Source: Macrostomum lignano
Lineage: Eukaryota
DNA: 64,000 nucleotides
Reading direction: 5' to 3'
NCBI GenBank assembly: GCA_002269645.1
Contig: NIVC01002714.1
Location: forward strand, 1-64,000
Shown here in pieces: positions 44,471 to 57,530 of the stretch. Every line of letters begins with the position of its first letter. Position 1 is the first letter of the stretch. Below the pieces are notes generated by a model. The model worked only from the letters and a program-made list of their open reading frames with translations, was not told the DNA's origin and made no database searches. The position numbers were made by a program, and so were the translations under genes.

Positions 44471-46081
44471 CTTAATTTGCTTCTGCTGCAACTTGTTTTT
44501 CTTTTGCTTCACCATTTTACTTCCCTATATTGCTCTTTCCTCTTGCATTTTTTCGTTTTTGGTCAACTCAATTTTGCGACTTACCCTGGTCCACCACAAT
44601 TTACGGTGGCCAGATCGGCCAGCTCGGCCAGCAGTTGCGCATGTATGGTATTTTAGCAGAGCAATATATAGCATATGATATAGCCTATGATACAACCCAA
44701 AATTTATATAAATAAAAAACAAATCAAAGTAAAAGTAAAAAATGAACAAATTGGCAAAAACAATTTAAGCAAATAACAAATAAGCTAGATATTTGATAAT
44801 AATACCAAACTCTTTAAAATTAGACAATGATGAAAGAAATTTACTATGAAAAATAAAAACCTTTTACATGTTTCAAAAATCTTTAATCTTGCCAACAACA
44901 TTTTTGCTTGTTTTAATAAAAGCATCACTTGCAAAAAATAGTTCAAGGCTCTCCAAGAAGAAATTGGCATTGCACAGCTTGCTTTCAAGTGGAATGTTGA
45001 GTTAAGATGACTAATTCTACTGCCCCATTTAGAGTGAATACTCAAATACTTGGCTCTTTTGACAGCTTTTCTTTTGGAGTCTGCAGATGATTTGAAGCAC
45101 ATACAATGACTCCAAGCTGCCTTTCAAGACTTATACACAATAGTTTGTGTAGGCCTCTGCTTTGGAATCTACACACTGAAGCTTGCTACAATGCTAGCCA
45201 TTTTGAGAGCTCATTTCAAGAAAGCAGCACAGTTCTTATTTACTGATTGCATACTAAGCTGATTGCCTTTCTAGAGTTGATAACTATTTATTTTATGTAG
45301 CCATTTGCCCTTAAGAGGAAATTTGTCTCTGTTGGCTTTAAAAACCAAAGCCTATACTTGCCTATGTCTAGTACTGCCATTATGTACTAGCAAGACTGTC
45401 GTAGGTAGCAAGACAATAAAAAAGATCAACCACTCATTTATCACTTTAAGCAATTTTACCTTGTTGTGATAACCTACTTGCAGGAGAAACTGCTATTAAA
45501 AAAGAATATTCTGCAAAGCATAAAGTTCCTTGATTTTTCAAGGGAAATTGATAAAGAATCTATGATTTTTGTTCCCAAAAAGCTTCCCTAAATTGTTCTT
45601 GCTGGCAAATTGAGTAGCTTAAGCCTGGTTCACATTTCCGCAAATAGCTCAGTGCTTCAAACTAATAGCTGTTCGCCGCCGCTACCAGCTGATTGCGAAC
45701 GCTACTATCCATGCGCAGCTCTACTATCCAAAAGTCTGCCGCTCCTAGCGGACTCTAATAGTGATTTTATTTGGTTCTATTCATTAGAACTAGAAAGGAC
45801 AATATAACTTTCAATTTAATGCATGGCAAACAAAACCAAAATGCACCCCATTCACATAAACACTCACAACTCCTTGCCTTGAGTTGTCCGCTTCTGCAGC
45901 ATGGATGGCAGGGGTAGGCGTACAGTAAATTTAAACAATTGTCATTGCTCACTGCTCACTGTACAATGAGTACAGACAATTTCTTGCGCAACCAGACAGG
46001 AGCACAGCTGGAGGCTATATGAAACGAATAGAACCATGCTCTATTCTTCACCCCAAACTCCACACAACTTGATACCTGGAA

Positions 46082-46909
46082 ATGTCTGACTTGTCACACG
46101 AGACTCCGAAGTTGGATGTAACTCTGATAGATGAAGTTGCCAAACATGAAGTTGTCTACAACATCTCAAGCCGAAAATTCAAGGATCAGCAGGCAAAAAC
46201 CAGCGCATGGAATCAGATTGCTGAGACTTTGGGCAAGGATGCAACTTGGTGCCTCAAACGGTTTCAAGGTCTCAAGCGTGACTACTTTGTTTTCTGGCGT
46301 GGAAGCAAGCTTCCGAGTGGGAGTGCGGTCAAGCCTATTCCCAGGCGGTTGGGAATATACAGTCGCATGAACTTCCTGGACAAGTGTAAATACATTGGCG
46401 ATACTATCTCAAATGTGCCTCCGCCCACACCAGAACTTGTAGCTGTGAGATCTGCTGGACCCTCTCAGCAGGCAACCTCGGTCAATGATGAGGTGCAACA
46501 ATCTAGTTGAGCAGAGGCACAGGCTGCAACAACTGACCCCAGTGAGGCGTCAATGCGAGAGTTTGCGGAAAGTGTGCCAAAGAAGGCCAGAAAGGCAACT
46601 GCAACAGAAGCATCAAAGCTGGATACTGCCCTCAGCCAGTTGACTTAGCAACTGACAAAAGATGAGGACAAATATGCCTCCTTTGGCCAAGCAATTGGAC
46701 AAGCCATCCATTGGCTTCCAACGCAAATTGAGCGCGACTATGCCATGGCACACCTGCGGAGCGAGTTGTTCACAATCCAACTCCATGGCCTGCCCCAAAG
46801 CATTGCCATCCAAACTGAGCCTGCCGCTGATGCCACTGCTGGATCAGTTTCCTTCGACGACATGCTTGGCTCCATCATATCCACGGTCACACCTCCCAAT
46901 GACTCCTAG
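46082..46909 (+). pseudogene. Harbinger MADF/Myb-like DNA-binding protein with a BESS-like C-terminal motif; in-frame stops
   Basis: LIDEVAKHEVVYN..KFKD..KTSAWNQIAE..CLKRFQGLKRDY (MADF). The frame continues past TGA 46508 and a TAG to DEDKYASFGQAIG and stops at 46907-46909. Confidence 0.85.
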
Positions 46910-47237
46910 AAGTGTGTGAGATAAAAGCGATAGAGTGCAATATTTTGCAAACTAGAAGCAAATCTTTCCTTTTTTTCATGACCAGATTGCATTGTGCATG
47001 TCAGAAAGCAAGTGCAGAGATCGAGAGAGACAGAAAATATAATGAAATCATAAATGAAAATGTTGAAAATATTGTCTCCAGTCTTGTCAATTTATTTATG
47101 AGTTTGGATTACTTTCTGCTGCAGCATTGTACTTTCTTGCCGCCTTGTTTGAAATTTCCAAAAAATTAGCTCATAAATTCACGTTCTGTATGCGAAATAA
47201 ACATGCGAAATAAATTAATGATTAATCAACAGTATTA

Positions 47238-48551
47238 TCAATTATCATCAGTAGATACATGCATCATTGCACTCTGCCATGGAATGGCACCATTGGGGCT
47301 GACGAAGAAGTCCCTCAGCAGCATCTGTTGCTCCCGAGTGGAGGCGCTGCTTTGATTTCAACCCAGATTCCGGGCTGGCATTACCCTGACGCTGCCTGTC
47401 ACGGTGGATTTCCATGAACCCTCCTGTACCTGGCCGGTGGGCAGTTCCTGGTCAACACTTCCAGGTGGCATGTAGGACTGAGCTGCTGTAATGTTGGCCT
47501 TGTCCTCTATTTGCATGAAGTTATGCAGTACAAATGCACACCGAATAAAGGCCTCAACGTGATTGATTCTTGCTATGACAGGCCGCAGGAAGAGTTGCCA
47601 GTGAGTCACCAGGATTCCAAATGCATTCTCAATTGTGCATCTTGCTCAAGACAGCCGGTAGTTGAACACTTGCATCTTGTAGTCCAATGGTACCATTCCG
47701 CTGCACCCCGGGAACAGGCGCATGAGATAATTCTTCAGCGGGAAAGCCTCATCACTGACAATTGCAAATGGCATGACAAGGCTACTGCCAGAAATTCAGG
47801 AAGGCTCCGGGACTTTCACCAATCTAGACTCCAATCCAGCATACAAGGCTGAATGCGAGAAGACTCCAGCATCTCCTTCTCTCCCTGCGCTGCCACTCTC
47901 TATGTATGTGAAGATGTAGTTACTATCGCACATGGCGAGTACCAGTGAGCTGAACTGTTGCTTGTAATTGAAGTACTGGGAGCCGGTGTTTCTTGGACAA
48001 TGAACCTTAAAATGCTTGCCGTCAATTGCACCGAGGCAGTTCGGAAAATGCCACTTTTCCCAGAATCCACCAGCGATTGCTTTCCATTCTTCTGCAGATG
48101 CAGGAAACTTTAGACATGTTGACGTCAACTTGTCGTAGATGGCAATCGCAGTCTCGAACATGACCCCTGACATAGTAGAGTGTCCTCGGCCAAATCAAAA
48201 CAACAAGTCGGCTTGGCTGCAACCCGAAGCCAGGTAGCAAAGCATCATCATTAGCTTCTCCTCTGCCGGAATGGCCTCTCTTCTTGCACATGGCCTGGAG
48301 AGTTTGGTTGCAACCAGTGAAAGCAGATGCTCAAACCGAGCTGGGCACATGCACATATACTTGAATTACATCTCCGAGTCTCTATCTTGTAGATGTGGGA
48401 TCAATCCGGCAAACTCGCCAAGCTCTTCTCTTCATTGATGACTCGGTCTCCGCCAGCATCGCCTAGGGCGGCAGCCTTGCCTGATCAGCCTATGATGTTG
48501 CAGTATCGTTACGATTGCCAGTAGCAGTAGCTTCTTGGCTCGTGAAAGCAT
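47238..48551 (-). pseudogene. Harbinger DDE transposase with several in-frame stops
   Basis: AIPAEEKL..LCYLASG, WHFPNCLGAIDGKH, YFNYKQQFS, SDEAFPL, FNYRLS*ARCTIENAFG, FFVSPNGAIPWQ. Confidence 0.92.
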
Positions 48552-51288
48552 GTTTGAAATCTGAAAGCTGGTCACAGCTTTCTGGTCAAGATTTCTTAGA
48601 TTGAAAGCGCCCTGTCCAAAGCACAGATAGAGCTAGCACTAGACTGAAATACTTTATATACTCGTAACAGTGGCCAAGGGTCAAATATTGCCTATTATCT
48701 TCGCAGGTTAGGCTAAATTGAACTGCATGGTGATGCATCTATTTGAGGCCAATAGTAGCACCCGCTAGTAGTGGTCGCACTGAGCTAGTAGATTTCTGAA
48801 AATCAGCTATTAGCTATGAGCATCAGCTATTTATGGAAATTTGAACCAGGCTTTACAAACTGAGATCTGTGAACTAAAAGTTGTGAACTCTTTTGCCTAA
48901 CAATTGTGACATTGCCTATAGTTGGAAAAAGCGCTGCAAAGACTAAAAAGTACCCACATCTTGTTTTGCATCTCTATGCTGTACTCTATTTCATGACATG
49001 AGAACACAAATGCCAAACAATTTATTGGAAAATTGCATGATGCTAGCACTAATCCAAAGCTCTTAGATAAAAGATTTTACAATTCACTCTTGGCATGCAA
49101 CTTTCTGTGCAACTTTCTGTGAGTTTCAAGGCAAAAAAAATTGCCAATTCCTAAGAAGCTCACCTAGGCCACTTTGAAGGTAAGTTCATAATATAAGGAG
49201 GATATGGCTATCAAAAAGAAAGCAAATAAGCTAGTAGCTATTTGAAAATCAGCCAAGGCAGAACAGGAAAAACACAATAAGAAGCCAAGAATGGAATGTA
49301 ATGCCAATACAATCTGTAGAGTGCCTTGAGGCTAAAAGAAAAATTTAGCTAGCAATTAAGAGATTACACAAGGTGCCAAGGAAAGATTAGGAAGTTGTTA
49401 TGCAAATGCAACTAACACATTTTGCATCAGAGTGGTTAATAATTGAAGATAGCATGCTATAGGCTATGTCATACAATCCAATTCTCTCACCAAGGAAGCT
49501 ATTCAATTGAAATGACAATTGGAACATGTTTTGCTCTATAAGCTATTGCCACCTAATATATCAATTATAGCCAACTTGCATTGCCAATAAATAGACAGAT
49601 TAGCTGCCAAATCAAATTAGCAAATTAGCAAATTAGCAAATTACCTAATTAGCAACCAAATCATGGCCTAATTCGATTCCTACACAATGCATATTTCCAA
49701 GGTGACTTGCCAAAAAAACCTGGACTAAGAACTAGGAAACCCTCTATATCGCTTGTAAGTCTTTCTATATAAAAAAAAACTTGGTTTGGAAAGCTCTGGA
49801 AACTGCAAGAACATTTTCAACAATCTAATTTAGGCCTATTACTAGTATATCTACTATACCTATGAATAGGCCTAGGCTCTATACTTTATATTTTTCTATC
49901 AATATGTTATATAGGCGGGTCCGCGGGGATAGGCCTATATAAATAAAAATATTTATTACAATGCTTAATGAGCTACTAGCAACACAGAAACAAAGACTAG
50001 ATAGCACTAAATGCATTAAATGTGCAGTAACACAAGTTAAGGACAAATGGACAATTATTGCATTTAATATAATTAATTTAACAGACAAGTGAAAAGGGTT
50101 TTCAAAGTTACATTTTGACAAGTTCTGGACTATTTATGGTTAGTTTGATTTTAATAAACGTTAAATTTTGTTGACTTTAAAATGATAAGGCAGATAAAAA
50201 CATTGAAACGAAATAGTATTATTTAATGATATTTGTTTTGCTTTTATACTTTCGATAATTTATAAATTGCGTTTGATTTATTTCAAAATTCAGTTTTGCA
50301 AGAAATAAACTGACTTAAGAGTCTAGACCAGAGTCAAACAGTCAAACTATAACTTTTAAGGGTTAAAGCCCGTAAATTACGGAACTTAATTTTTGCTAAA
50401 ATTAAGTTACTTAGATTTCTAAGTACATTTCTAAGTACATTTCTAAGTACCTACTTAGATTTCTTAAGCTAGGCCTATATAACAACTTCTGACTTTATAA
50501 GCCAAGAGGATTTCTCGTTTAAATCAGGCTTGGCTTATTAATATTATTTGTGTATTGTATTTGTGTGTTATGTCATGTGCAACTACTAAGGTGTTCAAGC
50601 ATTTTTTGCTCGTTGGCCCTGCCATAAAACAGTTTCATGTTATAAAGTAAATACAGTGCCAGAAAAAAATTACTACATTCTAATTTTTCTTGAATTTAGT
50701 ATTACAGCTTTTTATTTGTAGTTAAAACACTACACAGGCTTCAAATTCAAATAATTTGCTAGGCCTAGTATAGTTGTCTGGGCAGTTTGCTTTTGCAATT
50801 ATTATGTACTATTATTATTATTATGCTTTAACCATTCTGTCTAACAGCATTCTGAGCATTTATTATGGGGGGATTCCAGAATAGATAAGAAAAATTGACA
50901 TTTTTTTGGAGTTGGAGAGAATCCCATATTTACAATGAGTTAAGTAGGCCTATGCAAATTCTTTCTAGAAATTTCTATTTGAAATGAATGTATTAATAGG
51001 CTAGTTCATAGCAGTTCATTTTATAATCCTTAAATTCACAAATATTTTTTATAACTACAAGTCAATTATTGACTATAGGCCTAGTAGCCAACTAAAGCAA
51101 GTTTGCTTAAAATAAAAATTATATGGCATCAATATGATCTATATGTATATTGGGTTTAAATAGATTAGTTCCATGGAGTGATGCCCAGTTTCGGAACTTG
51201 AAAAGCAGTTCTCTCACATATTTAAAGTTATAGATGGTCGTGAATTCAATTTGTATGTGTCTAACTACTTTTTGACACAAATTTTTTC

Positions 51289-54200
51289 ATGTCCTCTGGC
51301 AAGCAGCTCATCCGCAGTCGCAGCGGGCTCCGCATGGTGCCGCACGATTCAGCTGGCAGCAGCGAGCCCTCACTGCTGTCCTTAGACGAACCCGCCTGGC
51401 AGAGTGATTGCGACTGTCCAGCCTGTAGTCTTTGCAGCTGCTGGTTTAGCCTATCAAACCGGCGCCATCACTGCCGGCGCTGTGGGGTGTGTGCCTGCTC
51501 ACAATGCTGCCAGCGCCGCCTGCCGCTGCCGCGCATGGGCTTTGTGGATCCCGTGCTGCACTGCCAGGCATGCGCCGAGGCCACCAGAGCTGAAGCCGGC
51601 TTCTATGGCCGACAGATCCGCCTGCTTATCGCTGGCTGCACTTTCGAGCTGTCCTTGGGCGGCTCAGCAGCCGGAGTGTTCGTCTGCCGGCTGGCGACTG
51701 ATCAGCGGTGCGCCTTGTCCTCTGGCTTTCCCTCACTCTCAGGTTCCTATTCTTTACCTCTTATCTCCCCTCTCCTTTTCCTCCCCTCTCTTCTCCCGCT
51801 CTTTTCCCCTCCCCTAGCCTCTTCCCGACCTTTCCCCTCCCCTCTCACCTCTTCCCGACCTTTCCCCTCCCCTCTCACCTCTTCCCGACCTTTCTCCTCT
51901 CTCCCCTCTTCCCGTCCTTTCCCCTCCCCTCTCACCTCTTCCCGACCTTTCCCCTCACCTCTTCCCGACCTTTCTCCTCCTCTCTCACCTCTTCCCGTCC
52001 TTTCCCCTCCCCTCTCACCTCTTCCCGACCTTTCCCCTCACCTCTTCCCGACCTTTCCCTCCTCTCTCCCCTCTTCCCGACCTTTCTCCTCTCTCACCTC
52101 TTCCCGACCTTTCCCCTCCCCTCTCACCTCTTCCCGACCTTTCCCTCCTCTCTCCCCTCTTTCCCTCTCCTTCTTCTCCCCTCTTCTTTTCTTTCCCTGT
52201 CCCCTCTCCCCTCTTTCATTCTCCTTTCCCCTCTCCTTTTCCCTTTTCCCTATACCCTTTCATTTATCCTCTCCTCTCCCCCTCTCACCTCCGTCCCGTC
52301 TACTCTTTCTTTCGCGCCTCAGACTTCTCTCCTCTTATGTAGTAAAACTTTTATCTTTAAAACTGGCCTTTTCAAAAAAATTTAATTTCCTTACCTTGCC
52401 TACATGTCAAATTCTACTGTCTTAATATCCCTCCCAAAAAGCCGCTAATGCAAATAATGACAAACAGAGTGATTTATTACTACTTATTGTCTCACGCGCA
52501 GGTCTCTACAATTTGAAGGCGGTGGCAGCGGCTTGGCATCCACCAAGCCGGAACCAATTCCCCTGCTGGCTGTGCAGAGCTGTGACCTCGTCACTGTTAT
52601 TGATTCCGATGGTAAATCAGTTCTCTATATATCGAATCGGTTCCATGGGATCTGTATGTGCAGTTTGCTTCCCTTTGTTTTGTAACTTGCTTGTCTTCAC
52701 TGCAAAAAGAAGCCTATGCCCTGCTTTCATTTCCTTTATATTTCGTATGATAGACTATAAACTGGATTCTGTTTGATGCTTGGCTTTGCTGACATATCTC
52801 TTTGAAGACCTTGACGCTGAAAAAGTCATATGAAATCGTCTAGAGTCAGCCCCATCAATCGCACAGAGTCAGCCCCATCACTCGCACAGAGTCAGCCTCA
52901 TCAATCGCACAGAGTCAGCTTCATCAATCGCACAGAGTCAGCCCCATCAATCGCACAGAGTCAGCTTCATCAATCGCACAGAGTCAGCCCCATCACTCGC
53001 ACAGAGTCAGCCCCATCAATCGCACAGATTCAGCCCCATCAATCGCACAGAGGCAGCCCCATCAATCGCACAGAGTCAGCCTCATCAATCGCACAGAGTC
53101 AGCTTCATCAATCGCACAGAGTCAGCCCATCAATCGCACAGAGTCAGCCCCATCAATCGCACAGAGTCAGCTTCATCAATCGCACAGAGTCAGCCCCATC
53201 AATCGCACAGATTCAGCCCCATCAATCGCACAGAGGCAGCCCCATCAATCGCACAGAGTCAGCCTCATCAATCGCACAGAGTCAGCCCCATCAATCGCAC
53301 AGATTCAGCCCCATCAATCGCACAGAGTCAGCTTCATCAATCGCACAGAGTCAGCCCCATCAATCGCACAGAGTCAGCCCCATCAATCGCACAGAGTCAG
53401 CTTCATCAATCGCACAGAGTCAGCCCCATCAATCGCACAGAGTCAGCCCCATCAATCGCACAGAGTCAGCTTCATCAATCGCACAGAGTCAGCTTCATCA
53501 ATCGCACAGAGTGAGCTTCATCAATCGCACAGAGTCAGCTTCATCAATCGCACAGAGTCAGCTTCATCAATCGCACAGAGTCAGCTTCATCAATCGCACA
53601 GAGTGAGCTTCATCAATCGCACAGAGTCAGCTTCATCAATCGCACAGAGTGAGCTTCATCAATCGCACAGAGTCAGCTTCATCAATCGCACAGAGTCAGC
53701 TTAATCAATCGCACAGAGTGAGCTTCATCAATCGCACAGAGTCAGCTTCATCAATCGCACAGAGTCAGCTTCATCAATCGCACAGAGTCAGCTTCATCAA
53801 TCGCACAGAGTCAGCTTCATCAATCGCACAGAGTGAGCTTCATCAATCGCACAGAGTCAGCTTCATCAATCGCAAGCCCCCCACCGACCCGCAGCCAGCA
53901 GTCTGCCTTGCGGCATCCGCATCTGCTGGCGCAACTCCTCGGGCGAGTCGGTGAGAGCCGAGCTGTCCAGCCGACGTCCGGAGACGCAGCGCACCACGCT
54001 GGCCTGGGTGTCGGCTCTGCAGACGGTGAGGCTGAGGCTTGGCTGTCTCTGTTTTTTTTTGGGATTCAGAAATCTCCATGAAAAGTCTCCAGTTTTTAAA
54101 AAGAGGATCAATATCAGATATATTTTAACATTTTGGAACAATTGCTGCTATTTACTATCCAAGAAAAATCACCCCTATTGACAATCCTGGAAAAATCCTA

Positions 54201-55045
54201 TTTACCCTATTTACTATTTAAATTACTATTCTAAAACCCTATTTACTATTGTATTATAGAAAATCGGCCCTATTTTTTTCTAGAAAATCACCCCTATTCA
54301 CAATCCTAGAAAATCGCCCCTATTCACAGTCCTAGAAAATCGCCTCTATTTACAATCCTGGAAAAATCAACCCTATTTACAATTCTAGAAAATCGCCCCT
54401 ATTTACAATCCTAGAAAAATCGCCCCTATTTACTACGCTAGAAAATCGCCCCTATTTACTATCCTGGAAAATCGCCCCTATTTACTATCCTGGAAAATTG
54501 CCCCTATTTACAATCCTAGAAAAATCGCCCCTATTTACAATCCTAGAAAATCGCCCCTATTTACAATCCTAGAAAATCGCCCCTATTTACAATCCTAGAA
54601 AATCGCCCCTATTTACTATCCTGGAAAATCGCCCCTATTTACTATCCTGGAAAATCGCCCCTATTTACTATCCTAGAAAATCGCCCCTATTTACTATCCT
54701 GGAAAATCGCCCCTATTTACTATCCTGGAAAATCGCCCCTATTTACTATCCTGGAAAATCGCCCCTATTTACTATCCTAGAAAATCGCCCCTATTTACTA
54801 TCCTGGAAAATCGCCCCTATTTACTATCCTGGAAAATCGCCCCTATTTACTATCCTGGAAAATCGCCCCTATTTACTATCCTAGAAAATCGCCCCAATTA
54901 ATTAACTATCCTGGAAAAATCGTCTGCAAATAAAAGAATAACTGCAATATCAGTAATCTGCTCTGCACTCCGGTTCCAGGCGATGAAGATTGTTGCCGAT
55001 TTTAAGCGGCGCACAATGACCGAATGCTCAATCTCAATCGATTAA
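51289..55045 (+). CDS. ZFYVE21: Zinc finger FYVE domain-containing protein 21
   Basis: Phase-consistent exons 51289-51707, 52502-52611, 53895-54025, 54980-55045. Motifs LIRSRSGLRMVP, WQSD, RRHHCRRCG, RMGFVDPV..C..C, LAWVSALQTAMKIV. Confidence 0.9.
51750..52310. repeat. CT-rich about 30-bp minisatellite (ctcacctcttcccgacctttcccctcccct)
   Basis: ZFYVE21 intron 1. Confidence 0.9.
52838..53873. repeat. 23-bp minisatellite (atcaatcgcacagagtcagcttc), about 45 units
   Basis: ZFYVE21 intron 2. Confidence 0.96.
54260..54915. repeat. 26-bp minisatellite (gaaaatcgcccctatttactatcctg)
   Basis: ZFYVE21 intron 3. Confidence 0.95.
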
Positions 55046-57149
55046 ATAAATAACAGAAATCGCGTAAAACTCGCTAATCGGACTGATCAAAAAATAGAAT
55101 CTCACTCCAGGCACCTCACTTCTACTACTGTCAGTAGCTAACGGATTATAAAACGTGCTACAACTATAAACTTATTTTTATTATCAAATATTGTGCAATA
55201 TTAACGGAATTTTTTTTTCGCACTGACTGAATTTTGTGCTACATGTTTTTGTTATGATTTAGTACAGATTTACAACAATTTTTGTTTATCAGTAGCGTGA
55301 CAAAAAAACTTTCAATCGTTTTTGTACAATCAAAGTTTCTTTTGAAAAAAAAAATTGGCATGTCCAAAAAGTCTCAATTTTTTATTTACAGATCTTCCCA
55401 CTAATTGTTTAAATAGTATTTTCAGTACTCATTCGACAGCCAATAGTTTTAGCTTTACTTTTCTCTTTTGCACCTACATGTATTACTAAAAGGAAAAAAA
55501 TATAATTTATTTAAATTGATCAGAATCGCATTGAAATATCTGACCATAAATAGTTTTTCTCATTCACTTATTTTTAGAATATCATTTTACTACTACTAGC
55601 AGTAGTTATGTTTTTAAAATCTCTTTTACCACTGCTTGCTCCAATATCTGTCAGCCTTTTTGTATTTGATTTACTGCCACCTAATTTAATTTATGCAGGA
55701 AATTTTCACCTGATATTTTGTATAGAATTAAGCATAAACTTTTTTTGGCTTCCATTGTGTTGCGTATAAGCCTGTTTTCTCAAGACTGCAACTTTTAAAT
55801 TTATATTTATCGATTGTCATCCTAAATAAGCAAGTCAATAAATCAAAAATACAATTGTTTGTAGCAGGATCGCAAATTCATTCGGAAGTTAAACAGTTAA
55901 TTATACAATCAAAGTTTTTCTTAGAAACCGAGTTTCCCGACCTTCTATACTTTAATTCTCCTTGGCATGACGAAAGTCGAGGCCGCCAGTTACTAGTTGG
56001 TTGCGAAAAAACATGCGTCATATTGTACATAAGGCACAGCGATAATTTTTTGTCACACGCATTGGGCCATTATTTCAGTCTTAGTCAGCCTAAGAGCTAT
56101 AGACACGTTTATTGAGAAGAGAACATAAAAACGTTGAATTGTTAACAAAACAATATTTTCGAGGATGACGTAATATAGCAGTCAACAAAGGTTTACGGCT
56201 AGTACGAGTCATGGTAGCACTCGGTCCAGGGCGATAGCTGATCATTACTTGTCAGCCCGTTCAGAGAATCAACAGGTAGATTACTCTAATTGATGAGAGC
56301 CATGCGCTACATATAGTTTCGTAGTCAACGAGGGCTATTCTATTTCTCGACTCACGTTTTCCGTTACTTTAATTGTTTGAACCTTTTCATTTCAAGCATT
56401 TCTTCTTCGCACTAAGGAACAAGTCAGTTCTTCAGTCTCGACCATAGATAGGTCTTCTATTCTTATATAAATTCTTATATAAAGAGTTATAAAAAAGGTA
56501 CTAAATAAACTAAGCATAATGCATGCACTGCAGAGACTAGTGACGAAATTGAGTTCAGTAGTTGATTTTCGCGCTGTCGCGAGTTGCAAAAATTTTCACA
56601 TTAGCTTCTATGGTGGCCCATCTTGTGTATACTCGTATATGATCTTTGGTCTGGACCGTCGGGTAAAGACCATAGACTACATTAAACAGTCGTGCTTTCT
56701 GCATGAAATTGAAGAGACCGTAGATCTTTCACGGGCCGTATTAAATCTGCTCTAAAGATAAAGATTACCCAGCCGGTGCTTCGTGTGAGCAAGCTTGTAC
56801 TCGTACATGTACATACAAGTTCTAGCAAAGCCTCCTGTTAAACTTGAATGTTTGTCGCGAGCAAAGAATGATAACTATTGTTTGATATTCCTGCTTACTG
56901 ACTTTTAAGCAGTCTTTTGAGAAGAAATTTCTGGCCAATTACCATTGAACCATCGAGAAAGGCGTTGCTTTTTTAAAACTAACGGCAGCATATGCTCGCA
57001 CTGTGATTCAGCAAAGTGACGAACATTTAATATATTTTGCAAAAGTAGATGCCGATTGTTTATTATGTAATTAAATTGTCCCAATAGCTTTTGTTAACAT
57101 AATTAACTTTTCCAGTCTATACAGTACTCGTAATTCAGGGTTAAAACAG

Positions 57150-57530
57150 GACAGGTCACCCGAAGTCACTCCAAGGTCACCAATTGGGTCAACAGAGGTC
57201 ACCCAAGCTCAACCCAGGTCAGTAGAGGTCGCCAAACGTCACTGCAAGGTCAGTCGAAGGTCAGCACGTAAGGCCACCCAAAGTCACCCAAGGTCAACCG
57301 AGGTCAATAGAAGTCACCCAAGGTCATCAATTGGGTCAACAGAGGTCACCCAAGCTCAACCGAGGTCAGTAGAGGTCACTCAAGGTGAGCCAAGCTCCAC
57401 CCAGGTCAGTAGAGGTCGCCAAAGGTCACTGCAAGGTCAGTCGAAGGTCAGCACGTAAGGCCACCCAAAGTCACCCAAGGTCAACCGAGGTCACTAGAAG
57501 TCACCCAAGGTCACCGAGGTCAGCACAGGT
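57150..57530. repeat. AGGTCA-rich degenerate repeat in the SCP 3' region
   Basis: Roughly 20 AGGTCA/AAGTCA motifs, with an internal duplication. Confidence 0.85.

Larger units (their letters stand above)
45622..48852. mobile_element. PIF/Harbinger DNA transposon, structurally complete but pseudogenised
   Basis: TIRs AGCCTGGTTCACATTTCC.. (45622) and ..GGAAATTTGAACCAGGCT (48852), TTA duplication on both sides, and two convergent ORFs. Confidence 0.92.

Noticed and set aside
57121-57520. SECIS element for the SCP TGA
   Set aside because: An ATGA and many GA motifs exist, but by eye there is no well-paired helix with an apical AA. This is not excluded without a computational search.
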